DNA of 21,770 nt from Ginkgo biloba (Eukaryota; Plantae; Ginkgophyta), in assembly GCA_024626585.2 (NCBI GenBank), contig JANKJI020000002.1, forward strand, positions 54,004,902-54,026,671, in the 5' to 3' direction. The notes beneath the pieces are model-generated. The model had not been told where the DNA came from, made no database searches, and worked only from the letters and a program-made list of their open reading frames with translations. Within the stretch, counting starts at the first letter, position 1; each line of letters starts with the position of its first letter. This document shows, in pieces, positions 20,148 through 21,770 of the stretch. Position numbers and translations under genes: made by a program.

Positions 20148-20660
20148 TTAGATGGATTTTTTTTAATGTATATAAATTATAGATATTTAAACGCTAATTA
20201 ATTAATATTATATTGTAAGATTTTAATCTGACCATAGTTAAGTTTGAAATGACCATGGTTAAGTATAAACCTACCAAGACTTAATGATAGAGGTTATACT
20301 TTTTATTTTTTTAATTTATTAATGCACGTGTCAACAAGGTAAATACATGCTTGGATAGCATTGTGTTAATAGCTTGTGAGTAAGTTTTTGCTCCTATTGA
20401 TCCTCTTACTAGCACAATTATCAAGAGGCTAAAGGCAATGGCATGGGTGACCAACGTATTGGAGGCATATTTTGCACCTCATACAATACAATCCTTGAGC
20501 ATTAAGGATCGTTTGTGTTTAGATCATGTATCTCATGAGTATAGGTTCACCCAACTCATTATAAGCATTGTTTGCATATGTTAGAGGGAGCAAAAGAGGG
20601 TGGCTAGGCACCACTATTTTTAGGGTGGCCATCCTGAAATGGGACCTAATCGTGCAGGGC

Positions 20661-20717
20661 CTATTTGTTGATCATTTTTTTATTGTGTATCTTGATGACA
20701 TTCTAGTTTTCAACAAG
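20661..20717 (+). mobile_element. Isolated Ty3/Gypsy reverse-transcriptase catalytic fragment (LFVDHFFIVYLDDILVFNK)
   Basis: YLDD motif at 20688-20699 in the typical Gypsy context FxxVYLDDILVFSK; cut by a gap. Confidence 0.75.
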
Positions 20718-21380
20718 NNNNNNNNNNNNNNNNNNNNNNAGACTTTTGTTGTACATAGTTGTATAGCCATTCTTTAATTTGTATAAATGGAATGTATACA
20801 CACATATAAGATCGGAGTCAATAACAACTAAGACCATAAGTAATTATTTTTCCAAAAGCATTGTCTATGGTTAAAGGTTAGATAAATTGAAGATGATCGA
20901 TAGTCATAACTTGTCTATTGAGGAAAAACTAGATAGTTTTTAAAATAGAAGACATGATTGCAATCATGGATTACATCTAAGGGCAAATTAGAAGTAACTT
21001 ATAATTTAGGATTTTGTCCCTCAATTCTACATNNNNNNNNNNNNNNNNNNNNNNNNNNNNNNNNNNNNNNTGAAGACGACTCCTAATGAATTAAAGGATT
21101 GACTATCAAAGGTTTTGAATATATAAGAGCACTTGTTTAGGGAGGTAATGCCTAATTACTCAAAAGTATGTTGAGACATCATGTTAAGAGTCTACCCATT
21201 GTCAACCATACAATGCTTACCTATTTGTCCTAATATTTAGATATGGATGTAGAAGGGAGTAGCAATCGAAACTCATACCACAAGGTTTGAGCTATCTAAA
21301 GTGATTTAAAATTGATAACACCTGCAATGAATAAGAGACTTACCCTCTACTTGGGACAAGTCTCTAATATCTCAAAGACT

Positions 21381-21710
21381 AACATCATAGATGGAGAATG
21401 TAATAAATACTTGATAATGGAATAGTTTATAGTTACACAAGCATTGTAATTAAGAGTTATCTTCTTGCAGGCTAGTTTGTGCAATACCTAGCAAAGTGTG
21501 ATTGGCCTATGGATTAAAAGGAGAGTACTAAGCTAATTCGTGGCCTCTTCTTTAGTTGGGAGAGAGACGGAGGCCAAGGTGGCAGATATTGATTCATGCA
21601 TGTAGTAATCTAAATACCTTCAAGGACATCATGTATCATCAAGATATTTGGCAATTGGATATCCTGAGGTAATCCTTGGATGTACTGCTATTAGGGGCAA
21701 CCTTGATTGT
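21381..21710 (+). mobile_element. Probable Gypsy aspartic protease relic
   Basis: NIIDGECNKYLIME (about 21382) and DVLLLG[frameshift]QP*L (about 21680-21710) resemble the retropepsin IIDGGS..NL and LLLGRPWL motifs. Confidence 0.4.
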
Positions 21711-21770
21711 GTTGCTAAGAAGGTTTAATCCATAATATATGAATTCCATCGTTATTGCAATAGAGGTTGT

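Larger units (their letters stand above)
1495..21070. other. Sixteen assembly gaps; five are exactly 100 N (probably unknown-size placeholders) and the largest is 17767-18686
   Basis: N runs at 1495-1594, 2832-2931, 3539-3621, 5213-5312, 6803-6948, 7815-7852, 8985-9084, 10908-10946, 12798-13119, 14591-14690, 15069-15185, 17767-18686, 19423-19432, 19875-19940, 20718-20739 and 21033-21070. Confidence 0.97.

Noticed and set aside
1-21770. Prokaryotic systems (CRISPR, operons, retron or defence RT)
   Set aside because: The DNA is eukaryotic with spliceosomal introns, there is no repeat-spacer array, and the RT motifs are of Ty3/Gypsy type.

Overview
Gappy draft assembly (16 N-runs) of plant nuclear DNA. 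The very long, TE-filled introns and heavy C>T/G>A decay suggest a gymnosperm-like large genome, but that is inference. The window holds the 3' end of a peroxisomal acyl-CoA oxidase gene (ACX1-like, + strand). Two terminal exons are intact (16809-16992 and 17104-17313, ending in the PTS1 signal ARL*). An upstream exon fragment at 12745-12797 (AEDWLKP*VVLEAFKAR) carries an in-frame stop and runs into a gap; the ORF track misses it. The inferred intron before it (at least 12.7 kb) is filled with decayed LTR retrotransposons: a Ty3/Gypsy RT-RNaseH-integrase relic, a minus-strand Gypsy gag-protease relic with PBS/LTR, and a short Copia-like derivative. That derivative carries an intron-less 5' fragment of a tyrosine-aminotransferase-family mRNA, which suggests LTR-mediated gene capture. 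Downstream of the gene are two tRNA-like/SINE-like units (Pol III A/B boxes, minus strand) and further Gypsy scraps. I found no evidence of a genuinely new biological system. The best leads are the captured TAT retrocopy, the stop-containing ACX1 exon and the paired Pol III-like units.
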